A stretch of 64,000 nt of DNA from Phoronis australis (Eukaryota > Animalia > Phoronida): contig NMRA01000546.1 in the NCBI GenBank assembly GCA_002633005.1, forward strand, positions 116,106 through 180,105, in the 5' to 3' direction. Shown piece after piece: positions 51,815-64,000 of the stretch; the stretch's first letter is position 1; each line of letters begins with the position of its first letter. A program made the position numbers and the translations under genes. A model generated the notes under the pieces. That model did no database searches. It was given only the letters and a program-made list of their open reading frames with translations, and was not told the origin of the DNA.

Positions 51815-52330
51815 TGCTCTGTTGCATGAAACAGTCCCTAACTAGGGACTTAACCAAGTTCCCAATCTAGTTAGGGAAGTTCCTATAGGGATTTTTCAGC
51901 GAGACGTGGAGTAAGTCGTGCCTGGCTCTAGTGTACAGTAATCGATGAATTCAGTTTACGATGGAAGTACTAACCAGTATAGTGGGTAAGATCAAGCCTT
52001 CCCTATTCGACACCTCCAAGCTCTTTAACTATCATGAAAATCCCACCCCTTAAAAATCTAAATCTTTCGTTTAGCTCACTGTCACTATACGTCTCGAGCG
52101 GGTTAATTTCTGTCACGGAATTTTTTTCAACAGCAATATGAGCTTGGTCAGCAATTTTATTGCTAGGGACTCAACTTAGGGACTTACTTTAGGTAACCCC
52201 AAAATTTGAGTCCCTATTTAATGCCTAAACTAACTGGGAACTTTTCATGCAACAGTCCCTAAAATTTAGGGACGTCCCTAAGACCTAGGGACATCTCTAA
52301 CATTTCGGGACTGTTTCATGCAACCGGGCA
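51815..52330. mobile_element. PIF/Harbinger-type MITE with 3-bp TSD
   Basis: TIR tgctctgttgcatgaaacagtccc / gggactgtttcatgcaaccgggca, flanked by CAG (51812-51814) and CAG (52331-52333). Multiple internal tagggac/gtcccta subterminal repeats. Confidence 0.85.
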
Positions 52331-53886
52331 CAGGTCCCCACACTGTGAAATTGTTTTTAATTGTTGAAAAATCAACTGATTATTTGTTTTTTGTTTTATC
52401 TTTATAATGTATTTATTTGCTGAATCGAGGTTTGTGTCTTCACTTTAATATTCAAAATATATTTGGCAATAGAATATGTCCACTAAGGATTTCGAAAGAT
52501 GTTCTAGCAACTGAAACTACGGATGTGTTAGTGACGTTGTCTTCAATAATAGGGTTCCAGTATGAAGCACTCGCGATCTGACAGTTTCAATTTCCAATAT
52601 CTTTCGTCCACTGGTGTTCATTCCTAGAGATTCACATGAATTAAAGCAGTCTTGTTATCAGAGTTCCCTATACATGTAGGTGGCAGGACCGTTAGGGCAT
52701 CAGGATTAAAAAGTTTAGCCCCGGTTGCGATTTACTGGTCTTCTGCATACCTGTAGCGGGTGCAGTTTTTTACATTGAAATCATCCTTTATTATCACTTT
52801 GGTAACCGTTCTGTAGCCATGGCGGAGTATTATATCTACATGAGTATACCTAACATAACATTCAAGGCATATTCTCTTAAAATGAAGGCAAAACGAATTC
52901 GAACAATTTCAGAGTGCAACAAGTTTTGACGGAATTAAAAACCCATCCACAATTAACCAGATTCAACTCAATGGCAGGTTACAGCTAACGTTCTTTGTAA
53001 TGATATAAACCAATCGATGTGATGACAAAGTTAACTTTTTGCGTTAAAATATTGAATATATAAGTTTTAACATGCTCCACTTAGGAAATTTTTTGTCAAA
53101 AGTATATCCCGGAAAATATACGTTTCTCCATAAACCGTGTTTGGAATGAAAACGTTTGCAAATATTACGCCCGGAAACAGTAATACCTGTGAACACAAAC
53201 TCGCACAGATTTTTTAAATGGTGAAAAGTGTGTATTTAAAACCATAGACGGATGTGATGGTTAATGTCAAACATCTGAAAAATACGAAATTAATCAGTAT
53301 AACCGAAAAATCTGCTAAAGTGGCGTGAGGATTTTTGTCGTGGATTTCTTGTTCAGTTATAAAAACACATGGGACAGAATTGTCAACAAGTCCTTAGATA
53401 CCACATGTGCACGTGATAACTGCCCTTAGAAACGTTATTTTTTTAAAAGACGAGGACTCTTCGTCGCTTTTACCCAGGGGGTTACTTAAAAACTAGGTAT
53501 GGATTTTGTATCGTCTCATTGACTAGACAGAGATCTTGCACAGATGGTTAAGTTAGGTAGACTTAGTTTCAACATCTTTTTTATAAAATTGGGTTTCTAA
53601 AACACATTTTTTTCGAATTTGTTGTTTATTGAAGGTTTTCGCAGTGCCTTTTTCCAAATACACTTTTTGCAAAAGATTTGTCAACCGATATTCGCTTGTA
53701 AGTAGCAACTTTCAGTAAACAACCTATTTTAATATCATATCTCGAAGCTGATGTTCCTTTATCCGACTGTATAACGTATTTTCCTTACAAAAAATTGAAT
53801 TGATTTCAATTACATTCACTTGAAGTTTGCTATAGCTTGAAAAAATGACTTCATAAACTTATATGTTCCTGCTGATGAAGTTATAG

Positions 53887-56800
53887 CAGGGCCGTAGGAA
53901 GGGGGGGGGGGGTGGCGGGTGAACTTGCCCATAAGAAATTCAGGCATCAAGAATAAACCGACATAGGCGTGGGGCAGTCGAGAAAAGAAAGACTGCGAAA
54001 TAATGATAAAAGAGAAAATTAAAGAGAACATTTAACATCTCTGCATCAGTGCATGGTTTACATTTTGAGGACCATGTCCAGGACATTATAGTTAGGGTCT
54101 CCGATTTTGCAGAACAGCTTGTCTAACGCACTCGAAAACGTGCACGATATCAATTATATATAAATTTCGAAAAAGCGAGAACATTCGTAAAGCGAAGCTT
54201 TTGCGGAGCGTACTAATTTACTGGAATATTAAATTCAGTGAGTCAATTTTGTGAATGCAAAACTACATTTTTTCATATACCCATCTCTGGCAACGGATAA
54301 CAGGGACAACTATCACTTTATTTTTTTTCTCGAAGCTGTAGCTTACTTGAGAAAAATTGATAACTTCACCAATAACATCAATTTGTGCACATTTCCTGAT
54401 TTTTTCATACTCAGTGGCCCCACCCTTGAAGGAGCCCATTCATGAAATTCAAGTGTAACCCCTTTGTGTGTTTTTATTCACAAACTCTTAAGGGGCCGCT
54501 CACGTAGAGATGGCCCAATGTTGGAATCGATTGTATCTATTTTCCTGTTTTTTGTGAAATCATGAAACTGGCTTTTATGTTGAAGGTCAGTCTCTGCATC
54601 TTTTTGGGACCACATGACGGTGGAATGAACTGTCACTTTTTTCCAATTTTCTCTCTGTACATGTAAATCCGACACTGCATAGTATTCACGATGGAAGTTG
54701 AGATTCCAAAATTATCAAAAAACACAAAAAATTGTGCACAGCGCATCCATTCGACCCAAACATCCAAAAATGTGAAAAATACAGAAGGATTGCCGCCATT
54801 GGAAGGGTGGATATTTGAAGAACGTGAAAAACACTATTTGTGAATTACACACAAGGACTATTTCCGATTGTTAGTTCTAAAATAATGTTACTGTTCCCCG
54901 TAGTTTCACACGTTTGGTATTTCTTTTGAAGATGGTTACTACATGTATATGATGTATGAAAGAAATTCTCACATATAGAAAACACTTCTGTCTAGTCTAC
55001 TATTTGTGATGAACGTGCACATGCTGAAAGGGGGTACTCAAAGAACTCTATCATTCATAAAGAAAGATTTCATTGTATTCTGTCTGTGGATATCAAGTTT
55101 GCCTCGTGAACCGTTATAGGTACGTCTGAAATGAGCAAAAATTCACCTTAATGCTCCATCTCCCATATCCCCCCTGTTGCCCGTCAAAAGTCTGCAGGCA
55201 TACATGCGGAAATTGCTGGTAGCATTCCGTTTTGTTAAACAAATTTGTTTGTTGCTGATTTACTTATTTATGTAGATACGGAAATCTGGATGATTTTTGA
55301 TAGATAGAAGATAATCTCGTAAGTTTTGACGATGTTTCAGTGAAATTAATTGCAGCCTGAAGTTGGAAAAACTCTAAAATCCGATAATAAAGCACACTTA
55401 TAGATTCTAAAGATTTTTGCATATCTAAAATAACTCTCAAACACATTGATGAAATTCGGACGCACAAACCGTTGATAGAAAAATGTTTTAAAAATCTTTA
55501 AGTAAATAAAACTAAACTCGCTGCTTGGAAAGTTTGTTTGCACTTCCTTGGTGTTTTTGGTTTCCAGTAGTATTCAGCAATGAATTTTGCTATTCAAAAC
55601 TGAATTGATTGCTTGTCGTTATTTGATTGCAGACCATGACTGACGTACCACCGTTAAAAATAATATCTTACCATGCAGTTGTCCGGCGCATAATCCACGG
55701 GAAGTGAATTTGAACTCCAGGCATTCAGGAAGTGTGCACAGTTTTGGGACACACTATCCTTTTCCCCAGCCACCAGAAACTGGACTACCGGTGGTATTTC
55801 AACTATGCATTTTGAAATTGCCCCAAACGTACCACACCAGGGACTTCGAGACCTCACCTTTTCAAAAAACGCTTCAAAGAATATCCATGATAAAATAAAG
55901 TTTCCCTGAACTGGATCACAATAAAACGAATCTTGACCTTAGAGCGAGCGCAGACGGCCGGTATGAGCTGCCAGTCTCAATTGACTCAAAGCATCTAGCT
56001 TTAGTTCATTGGAAATTTTGTATTTTCACACTGTTGGATCTCAGCTATAGCTACTTGAGGCAGCTTCTCGCTACCGGTCCGTGTACTGGTCCTAGGGCAA
56101 TTCTTACTCTCCGTGTTGGTTCACGGTTACTCAACCCTTGATGGCTTCATCCCAGAGGCTGTCCCAGCGGCAGATCCAGGATTTTGAGTTGGGAGACAGG
56201 GCAGTGCATTCAGTAGCCAGGGATTTAACCCTCAAAAATTCGCACCCGAACTGGGAAATGGAATCCGGGAGAAATTTTGGGATGCCATCGCCCCTTGCCC
56301 CTCCCCGTAAGTCCGTTACTGTGTCCGGCACCTAAGGTGGACGTGGGATGTTCTGTACATTTATTTATTTATTATAGTGACTTAAGGGTTCCAGTAATTA
56401 CAATATCAAAGACAGAATATTCACCACAACCCCCAGCCTCAATGGGCTTACTCGGTCACATAACAATATTAAGATAATTACATAACATATTGCACAAGCT
56501 CAAATATGACCATTTCAGACTAGTTTATTCAATTCCGTTTTTACAAACAGGACAAATCTGTTCATTCACATGAGTTCAGAAGTACCGCCCCACCTCAACC
56601 TCTAATGGTAGAATACCTGCACTCAATCGAGCTATGCAGAGCCGTAAGAAGGAAAAAAAATTGGGGGGAACAAACCAACTAGACTTCGTTAACCTTATCC
56701 CTTGCTATTGTCACCCTCCCCCCGTTCTCTGAATGTCACCATAATTGTACCGAACCCCACCCCCACGTCCATCATAGATAGGGGTAATACCGGGGATGCA

Positions 56801-59632
56801 GCCATCATGATTTAAGTAACCGTGAACCAACAAAAATTCACGGAGAGTAAGAATGGGTCTAGCCCCCCAAGCGTATTGATGGGTAGCTGGGAGCTGCCTG
56901 AAGTAATTATAGCTGGGTTGAAGGTCAAGGTTCCTTTTATGACCCAGGTTAGGGTTTAAAGTAATTTATGGAAAGGTACGGTCCCAAGGTGCCTGGCATG
57001 AGTGCCTCTGTGGCCGCTTCAGAATCCCTTGATGAAATAGAGCCTGTAGTCCAGTTTCTTGTTGCTGGGAAAAAAGATATAAAGTGTGTTCCAAAATGTA
57101 CACCCTTCAACGTCTGGAGTTCCAATTCAAATCCCGTGGGTATCTGAGATTCTAAACAGGTCTACTGCATCGTTAAACCTTATTTTGGACGTGGTTGTGC
57201 CTGCCATGACGTGCTTCTTGCATTTGCGCACCTGGTGGGCTCAGGGTCATCGATGGCAAAGTGGGCAAAAAGGTCCGCCTCCGGGAAACAAAAAGTCCTA
57301 GTCAAATGTCCCTTAAAAACACAGGATTCGGCGTTTGCTCAATTCATAGCTCAGCACAAACCCAGTGTTTGATTTTGTATTAGTAGAATTCCACATTCTA
57401 AAATATTCGAGCCCCCTATATTTTAGGCTGGGTGCGCTCAGCCGTGTGTGTAGTATGCAAGCGAAATGCAAGTAACCATTTAGTTTTGAAGAACAAAAAT
57501 TCAATGCACAAAACCACTGTAAACCAAAAATATCAAGGATATTCAAAGATAACCTCTCCAAGTTGATGACCAATAAGTTTGATTTTATTTAGTTAAGTAC
57601 TTAAACTTCATTTGTAAACTTTAACCAGTAATATAATTCCTAATCCAATAAACATTTTATTGTCGTTTGAATTTTGTGAACATTTTAGGACACTTAGTTG
57701 GGCTGTCCGAAATTCATCAATTTCCTTGAGACTTATTTCAGATAGACAAAAATCGTTTAGTGTACTTTTATATTTGGGGATCTAATGACAGATCGAATTT
57801 TCCCAATGTCAGCCTGCAATTAAAGTCATAAACATGTCAGAAATCAACAATCAAATCCTTGAGCAATGCATTTACCGTGGTTTAATGACTTAATTCCTTT
57901 CTGCATAGAATATAAAAGCAATGCATTTAATGTCATTTGAATTGTGAGTGATTTTTTGGAGTGAAGTGTCCAAATTTTATCAATGTTTTGGGTGTTGTTC
58001 TAGATAGACAAAAAGTGTCCAAGTGCACTTTACTATTTGGGAACCGGATTATAGTTTTGTTCCATATTCAGGCATCAACTGAATTCCCTGAATCGTCATC
58101 AATTCTTCAAAACTCACCTGTTAACCTGTCGGTTTTCATAGATACAACAAACATGTCTATCAGAAGCCGACGAATTTGATAATCAAAACGGCATGTTGTA
58201 AGCAATTTCCGCAGGCATTCTCGCATATTTTTGACGGGTAACCGGGGAAATGGAAGATTGAGGATACATAGTAACGTGTATTTTTTGCTCTTTCTGAGGA
58301 ACATTTAACGGATCATGAGTTTAACTTGACCTCAAAAAACGCCGAAATATTTGTTTAGATTTTTATTATTGCAATATTTGGGTACACTCGTTCGAGATGT
58401 ACACAGTCACCCAAATTGTAGCCCAGACCGCAGTGTTTTCCACATGTAGGAGTTCTTCACAAACAACTCATAGTAACGATCTTCAAAAGAGATTTACTAT
58501 TCTTGAGACAATATGGGAAACAGTAACATTTTTTATAACTAATATTCCTTATGTGTAATTAATAAACAGCAGTCTTCACGTTCATTAAAATTCCTGATTC
58601 CCTTTCGATGGCAGTCGCTCCTATTTTATTTTTTCACATTTTTTGGTTGTTCGGGTCGAATATCTTGACAATGCTGTGCTGTGCACGAATGTTTTTTGTT
58701 TTTTTTTTGAGGAATTTTCAATCACAACTTCCCTCGTGAATACTTGGCAGTGTCGGACTTATATGTATAGAGGGTCAAAGGGACATTTCTCCGAGCTGTT
58801 CCACCGAGAGAAGGTCCTTTCTGAAATGGGACACTTTACTTATGAAAAGCTAAACATAATTAAGCTTGGAAAAGAGTTACAGTTCACTCCACAATGGTTT
58901 GGTCAGGAAGTGAACTTCAACACGAAAGCTGGTTGTACGATTTCACAAGAAACAGAAAAATAGAGGTAATCGAGTCCAACTTCGGGTCCCCTCTCTGTGA
59001 GCGTACCCTTAAGAATTTGTCGATAGAAACATTAAAACTGTGGCCACTTGAATGACATTACTGGCCTTCTTCAGACGTGGGGTCCCTCTATGTGAAAATA
59101 TCTATAATTAAAAATCAAGAAATATACAATAACTGATTATTTCTTTCAGGCCATCAATTTTTCTAAAGTGATATACAATTCCAGAAAACAATCGACTGTT
59201 ACTGTATCTCTGTTATCCCGTGCAAGAGAGGGGCCTCTGAAAAAATAAGGTTTTGCAGTCTCAAAATTAACTTACTGAATTTAAAAATCCAGTAAATAGT
59301 AGGCTCCGCAAAAGCTTTGCTTTACAAATTTTGTCGATTTTTTGAAATGTATGCATGAATCATTACGTGCACGTTCCCAAGTGCATTTAGACGACCGGTG
59401 CTGTGAAAGCGGAGACCCCAACAGCAAAGTCCTAGCCAGGGTTCTCAAAAGGTAAACCATGCAATGATACAGAGTATTGTTAAATGTTCTCGTGAGTTAT
59501 GGCTCTTATCTGCATTTAGCAGTCTTTCTTTTCTCGACCGTCCCCGCACCACGCGTATGTCGGTTGCCGCGATTAACTATCTCATCATAAAATTTAGGGA
59601 GGACCTTGCACTCCCCCGTTCAAACGGCCATG
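53887..59632. repeat. Large diverged inverted repeat (foldback): arms ~53887-56153 and ~56791-59632, spacer ~640 bp
   Basis: Collinear reverse-complement blocks throughout, including gtcgagaaaagaaagactgc, aagcttttgcggagc.tacta, cttaaggg..cgctcac, tccgacactgc and ttcttactctccgtg..gttggttcacggttact. Confidence 0.9.
56165..56321. mobile_element. Short GC-rich MITE with 5-bp TSD in the foldback spacer
   Basis: Ends cagcggcagatc / aagtccgttactg form an imperfect TIR, flanked by TGTCC at 56160-56164 and 56322-56326. Confidence 0.6.
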
Positions 59633-59749
59633 CTACATGTATGACGGACCTCTGAAACACCAGCAGACGTAAATACTCTTCCACACAATAGTCATCCTTA
59701 ACAGATCTACATGTATGTAGTAAGCACAGTTTTGGATTTATCAGTGATT

Positions 59750-61900
59750 ATTTTTAACCAGTTTAACTCTGCTAAGTGTAACCTGAATGTTTTGGAGTTT
59801 TCAAGGTACAAAACTTGTTTGTTCCTGAATTTTTTTAAGAAATCGCATTTCTCCATAATTTTAAATATTGAACTTGACGAGTTGCAGGAGTTCCGATGTT
59901 TAAGGTGTCATAAAAAGACGTTTTGCAATTTGCTTTTATCCTTTCGAACTAAACGATTTCAGAGCCTTAGCATATGTTCATGTTTGTAGTGTGAATTTGC
60001 CCAACCCGAGTCCCAATAAAGTACTGCATTGGCGGCATACATGTTGACCCCTAAAAATATACGTAGTGCTCATTTTGCAGTTTGAGTGTTGAGAGTATCC
60101 CCTTATCCCAGATCCGTATTATGGAAATGAAGCTACGGACATTTCAAAACATTAACTGCAACTGTTGAAACCCCTGTTACCAATATGTTTGTACATGCTC
60201 ACCAGAGCTCTCAATGCTCTGGACGAGGAGTCTGTCAGTAGATCAGCTGTCAAACTAAAATCCATAAACTCATTCTCAGTTACACCCAGGGACTTATAAC
60301 ACTCTCTTAAGTCCACAATGTGATCGCACAAAGTGAATTCAAAAATCGTTCCTGCATGTGCCCTTTTGCAAAAATGAACCACAACAGTTTTGAAAAATTT
60401 CCACAGACATTTGCCACCCTGCACACCAATTACTCAATACGTTCAGTAAATCCTGTAAATAGGTTTCATTACCAGAAAAAATCTAAATGTCATCTGCGTA
60501 CTAGAGACAGGATAAATTACGCCCATCAAAATTGATAACTTTGCTGCAGTTGTTCAAATTATTAATCAATTCATTTGTGAAAATTGAAAACAATGTAGGC
60601 GACAATGGATCTCCCTGCCTGACCCCTCTTGTACTGGGAACCAGTTGGTATATCTTGACTGACCTAAATGTACACAGGCATCGGTCTGGCAAACAACGAT
60701 ATTACTGAGTGATAGAAATTTCCAAACTAAATCAATTCATTTTTCCAATATAACGTTTCTATATAAATTGTCAAAAGTCCGCTCCATATCGACAAATATC
60801 GCAAACGTTGGTCTATTACAAGCTATTCTATTTTTGCCAATAGACGTGATTTTAAACACGTTGCCAAGACAACACCGCCCTTATCGAAAACCATTTTGTT
60901 CTTCATTCAGTCTGTGTTCGACATTCAGAAACTCGGTTAATCTCCTCCTTAGTTCATTACAATACACTTTACTCACAGTGCCTCTCTAGTTGAACGGTAA
61001 ATTCAAATCCCTATCAGATCCTTTCGATATAGGGTTAATAATCGCTTTATACCATCATGGTGAAATAAATTGGAAGCTTCTCCTTTTGCTTAATGCATGT
61101 TTTTCAAATGTTGTTGGTGAACCAGTTCTGATGCTGTTTGGCAAGAGGCATTATCGGAGAATTGTTTACAAAGATTTCATATGACACCATGCAAATTATA
61201 GTATTGGACAAGACATCTTTGGACTGATGTTTGTAATCTATGACGGAAACAAATGGTTCATTTTTTTATTTTACTAACTTTGCTGAAAATAACTGAAAGT
61301 GATTCAAAGCACTATTAGAAAATACAGAGCATGTTGTCATGCACTTTGATGTATCTTTAATTTCTTTCCGATCAACCACGGTTGTAGGATGTCTCCTCAT
61401 TTAGTAACATACTGTGTGGGCATCAGGGCAATTCGCATACAACCTTGTCGTAGAAATTGTTATTCTTGGAACGAGTTGCTGCGAGGTTTGAGGTGGTTTC
61501 CGGACGTTATTTAATATAGTGTACACGTAACTTGCCCCACTTTGGACATCTTACTCCAGATACTGTTCAGGGAAAATCGTTTTGCAACTGAATAAAATTT
61601 GAAATTGTGCAATGCAAATTGCTGCATTATAGTTATCTCAAAGGATCGGAAAGTGCACTCAAGTTATCACTCTCATTTTTGGGCCGGTCTGCCAATTGCT
61701 CAGACTTGGACCCCATGATAAATTTGTCTCTGTTGTGTCAAGGTCTATGCGGATATCAAACACGTTGTGTCCAATGTACACGAACGCGGGGAAGTAAAAA
61801 ATTGAGTCTTTTTCGGGTATAAGCTTTACATACTAGTTGAACAACGTAGTGAAGTATGGTATTTTCCCAGTAGTAATAAAACAATTCCTCATTGGTCTAA
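59750..61900 (-). pseudogene. Heavily decayed non-LTR retrotransposon reverse transcriptase (RTE-X/CR1-group-like)
   Basis: STRGVRQGDPLSPTLFSIFTNELI at ~60560-60640, YADD at ~60488-60500, FAIFVDMERTFD at ~60770-60805 and EEQNGFR at ~60885-60905. Many stops and frameshifts; boundaries approximate. Confidence 0.85.
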
Positions 61901-64000
61901 AATGCTGCTACTTGATTTTACTGATTTAAGTTTTGATAATAACAAAATTGTTTCACCTTTTTTCTCAGTATCCCTTCTTTGCATTACACTTTCTTAGAAA
62001 GTTATACCAGCTTTGTCTGGCTCACGCAATGAAGATGTCATTCACGATTAGGACATTGATGGATTGAGGATAACCATTATCACATTTTTATATAACATTT
62101 AATATGTAATTGGATACGGAAAAGTTTAACCCTGATCAAATATTTTGAGCAACTAAACTAAAAAACGCAGATGACATGAACAGAAGCATTGCTTCTTGTT
62201 TGTTTTTGTCCTATCATTTGTTCAGTATTTTTACGATATTCATTTATCCAAGCAATCATATTCTTAGACAATGCTTATCATTTGGTCATGGCAAAGGCAA
62301 AACTAATAATAACTCGCTTTATATCCGCATTTTGCGACCTAGCCAAAATCCGATCTAACCGTCACGAAATCCACGTTGAAAGAAATAAACAAAATGCCAA
62401 GTTAAGTTTTAAGCCATCAAGAAAATATTGAGATTATGATTTTACTTGTGGCGTAAAGTCATCCCAAATTTCAGGTCGCATAATTGAATTAATAATGTTT
62501 GGTGCATCCGTATTTTTCGCTACTGCTATGGAAACCCCTTGAAGCTAATCGAATCCAATCCGAGTGCCTTCGTGTTTGCTCCTTATCACCGAATACACTG
62601 TACGTGCCATATCATTTTGCAGAAAATAGATTAGCCTCGAAACTACACGTGACCGCAACATGCATGTTGCACGGATTACTTCTCCTTTGGAGACATCAAC
62701 CGAGTTCGGGAATATTTTTTAAACATTGATGAAGGAGAGGTTCCTTTGGGAAACAAATCTTTTTGTTAAGCAGAATAAGTGTGTGACCCACTACACTCTG
62801 TGTATGTGACAAATTTCAACCACGCGGTCGCAAACAGAAGTTGTTGTCTCCGTGGACCACTAAACGCCTAAATACACTGCCACTCAAAACATTGGTCCGG
62901 TTAACGCATATTAAACGCATCTTGCAGTATTGAAAATCAATTTTAGCAAGGTAAATTAATAGTGGGGGCTTGCCAGAGCTGTTGGCGGTTTATTGCATTT
63001 TGTCAAAAGTTAAGTGTGGCGATTAGTAGACCAGTGGGCGCTTGTTATGAAACGTTTGAAAGGTCGACAACAGGCGCAAACTTGAGTATGGTCGTTATTC
63101 CGAATGGTTGCGGACTAAAAAATATAAAGACGACCAAAAAAGAAATGAAGAAATGACGCAACACCATATTTTTGTCCAACGCACACAACCAAGGCGTGAT
63201 GGTGTGGACTTCGTTAACACCCAATTGTTTTATAGGCATGCGCAATTTTTTTCAAACCCTTTTTTGGTTGATGTTTCAGTCAGAACACTATTTTTTCAAG
63301 CAAGTTTTAAAAATCGGTGACCTAGTCGACTGATGCTCTGAGGAGTAAAAAATTGGCATGTTACGAATAGAAGAATAAAATAATCGCTCAAAAGTTTACC
63401 TGTGCTTGTTTAAAAAATAAGTTCCAATAGTTGCATGTACCATCTCACAATTTGTCTGCTGAACAAGGGGTCGTTTGCCTATTAGTGGATCTAGGGTCGT
63501 AATTTACTCGCTTTCTGTAATTTTCGGAAAACAAGACGCATGTTCAAACAGGCTTTTACTTTCCCATTCCGAATCGTGATCCCCTGCCTTGACTCGACCG
63601 TGAGCACAAAGAACAAAACCAAGCAGTGTCTGATTGGGATCTACTATCTGCATTGGCGTCGCTCCATATCGGTGAGGAGATGGCTGTACACCCCACTGTT
63701 TTCATTACCCCATGGATTACGGGCGTTCATCCACAGGGGGTCTAGGGGCTATAACCCCCTCTTTCTTCAGTGCTGCTCTTCCCATGATCTGGGCTATTAT
63801 AATTTGATAATCCTGACAATTTACTCAAAAATGATGTTTTTTCCAAGAAAAAATTTGGTAACTTGATCGTTTGAACATTATTGTAAACGTCACTGTTTTG
63901 TGACGTTTTACCACGTGGCCTGGAATATTCTTCGGCACATCCGATAATTTGAAAAAATACCCAAAAAACGCGTCAAAAACTCTTTCTGCATTATTTCAAG

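Overview
AT-rich, gene-poor eukaryotic DNA whose repeat content suggests a marine invertebrate (inference); nothing prokaryote-like (operon, rRNA, CRISPR) is present. Almost all ORFs in the track are spurious. The window is a layered transposon graveyard. DNA transposons include a complete-ended ~4.8 kb Academ element with an inverted truncated sister copy, two THAP-domain remnants, a Helentron-type HINE and several MITEs with target-site duplications (TSDs). Retroelements include a 5'-truncated Penelope with an intact-looking hammerhead ribozyme, decayed LINEs and tRNA-derived SINEs. Larger structures are an old ~4-6 kb tandem duplication (25-31 kb / 33-37 kb) and a ~5.7 kb diverged foldback (53.9-59.6 kb). 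Host-gene signal is limited to one clean ankyrin-like exon (43143-43232, +) and a phase-consistent chain of small exons on the minus strand (12824-9631). Three observations stand out. First, TACATGTA is strongly over-represented, and three paralogue pairs show it as an exact 6-bp TA/TACATGTA length difference, as expected for Tc1/mariner excision footprints. Second, a tRNA-headed hammerhead unit abuts the Penelope element. Third, the exon chain encodes a peptide I cannot assign. All alignments were done by eye; no searches were run.
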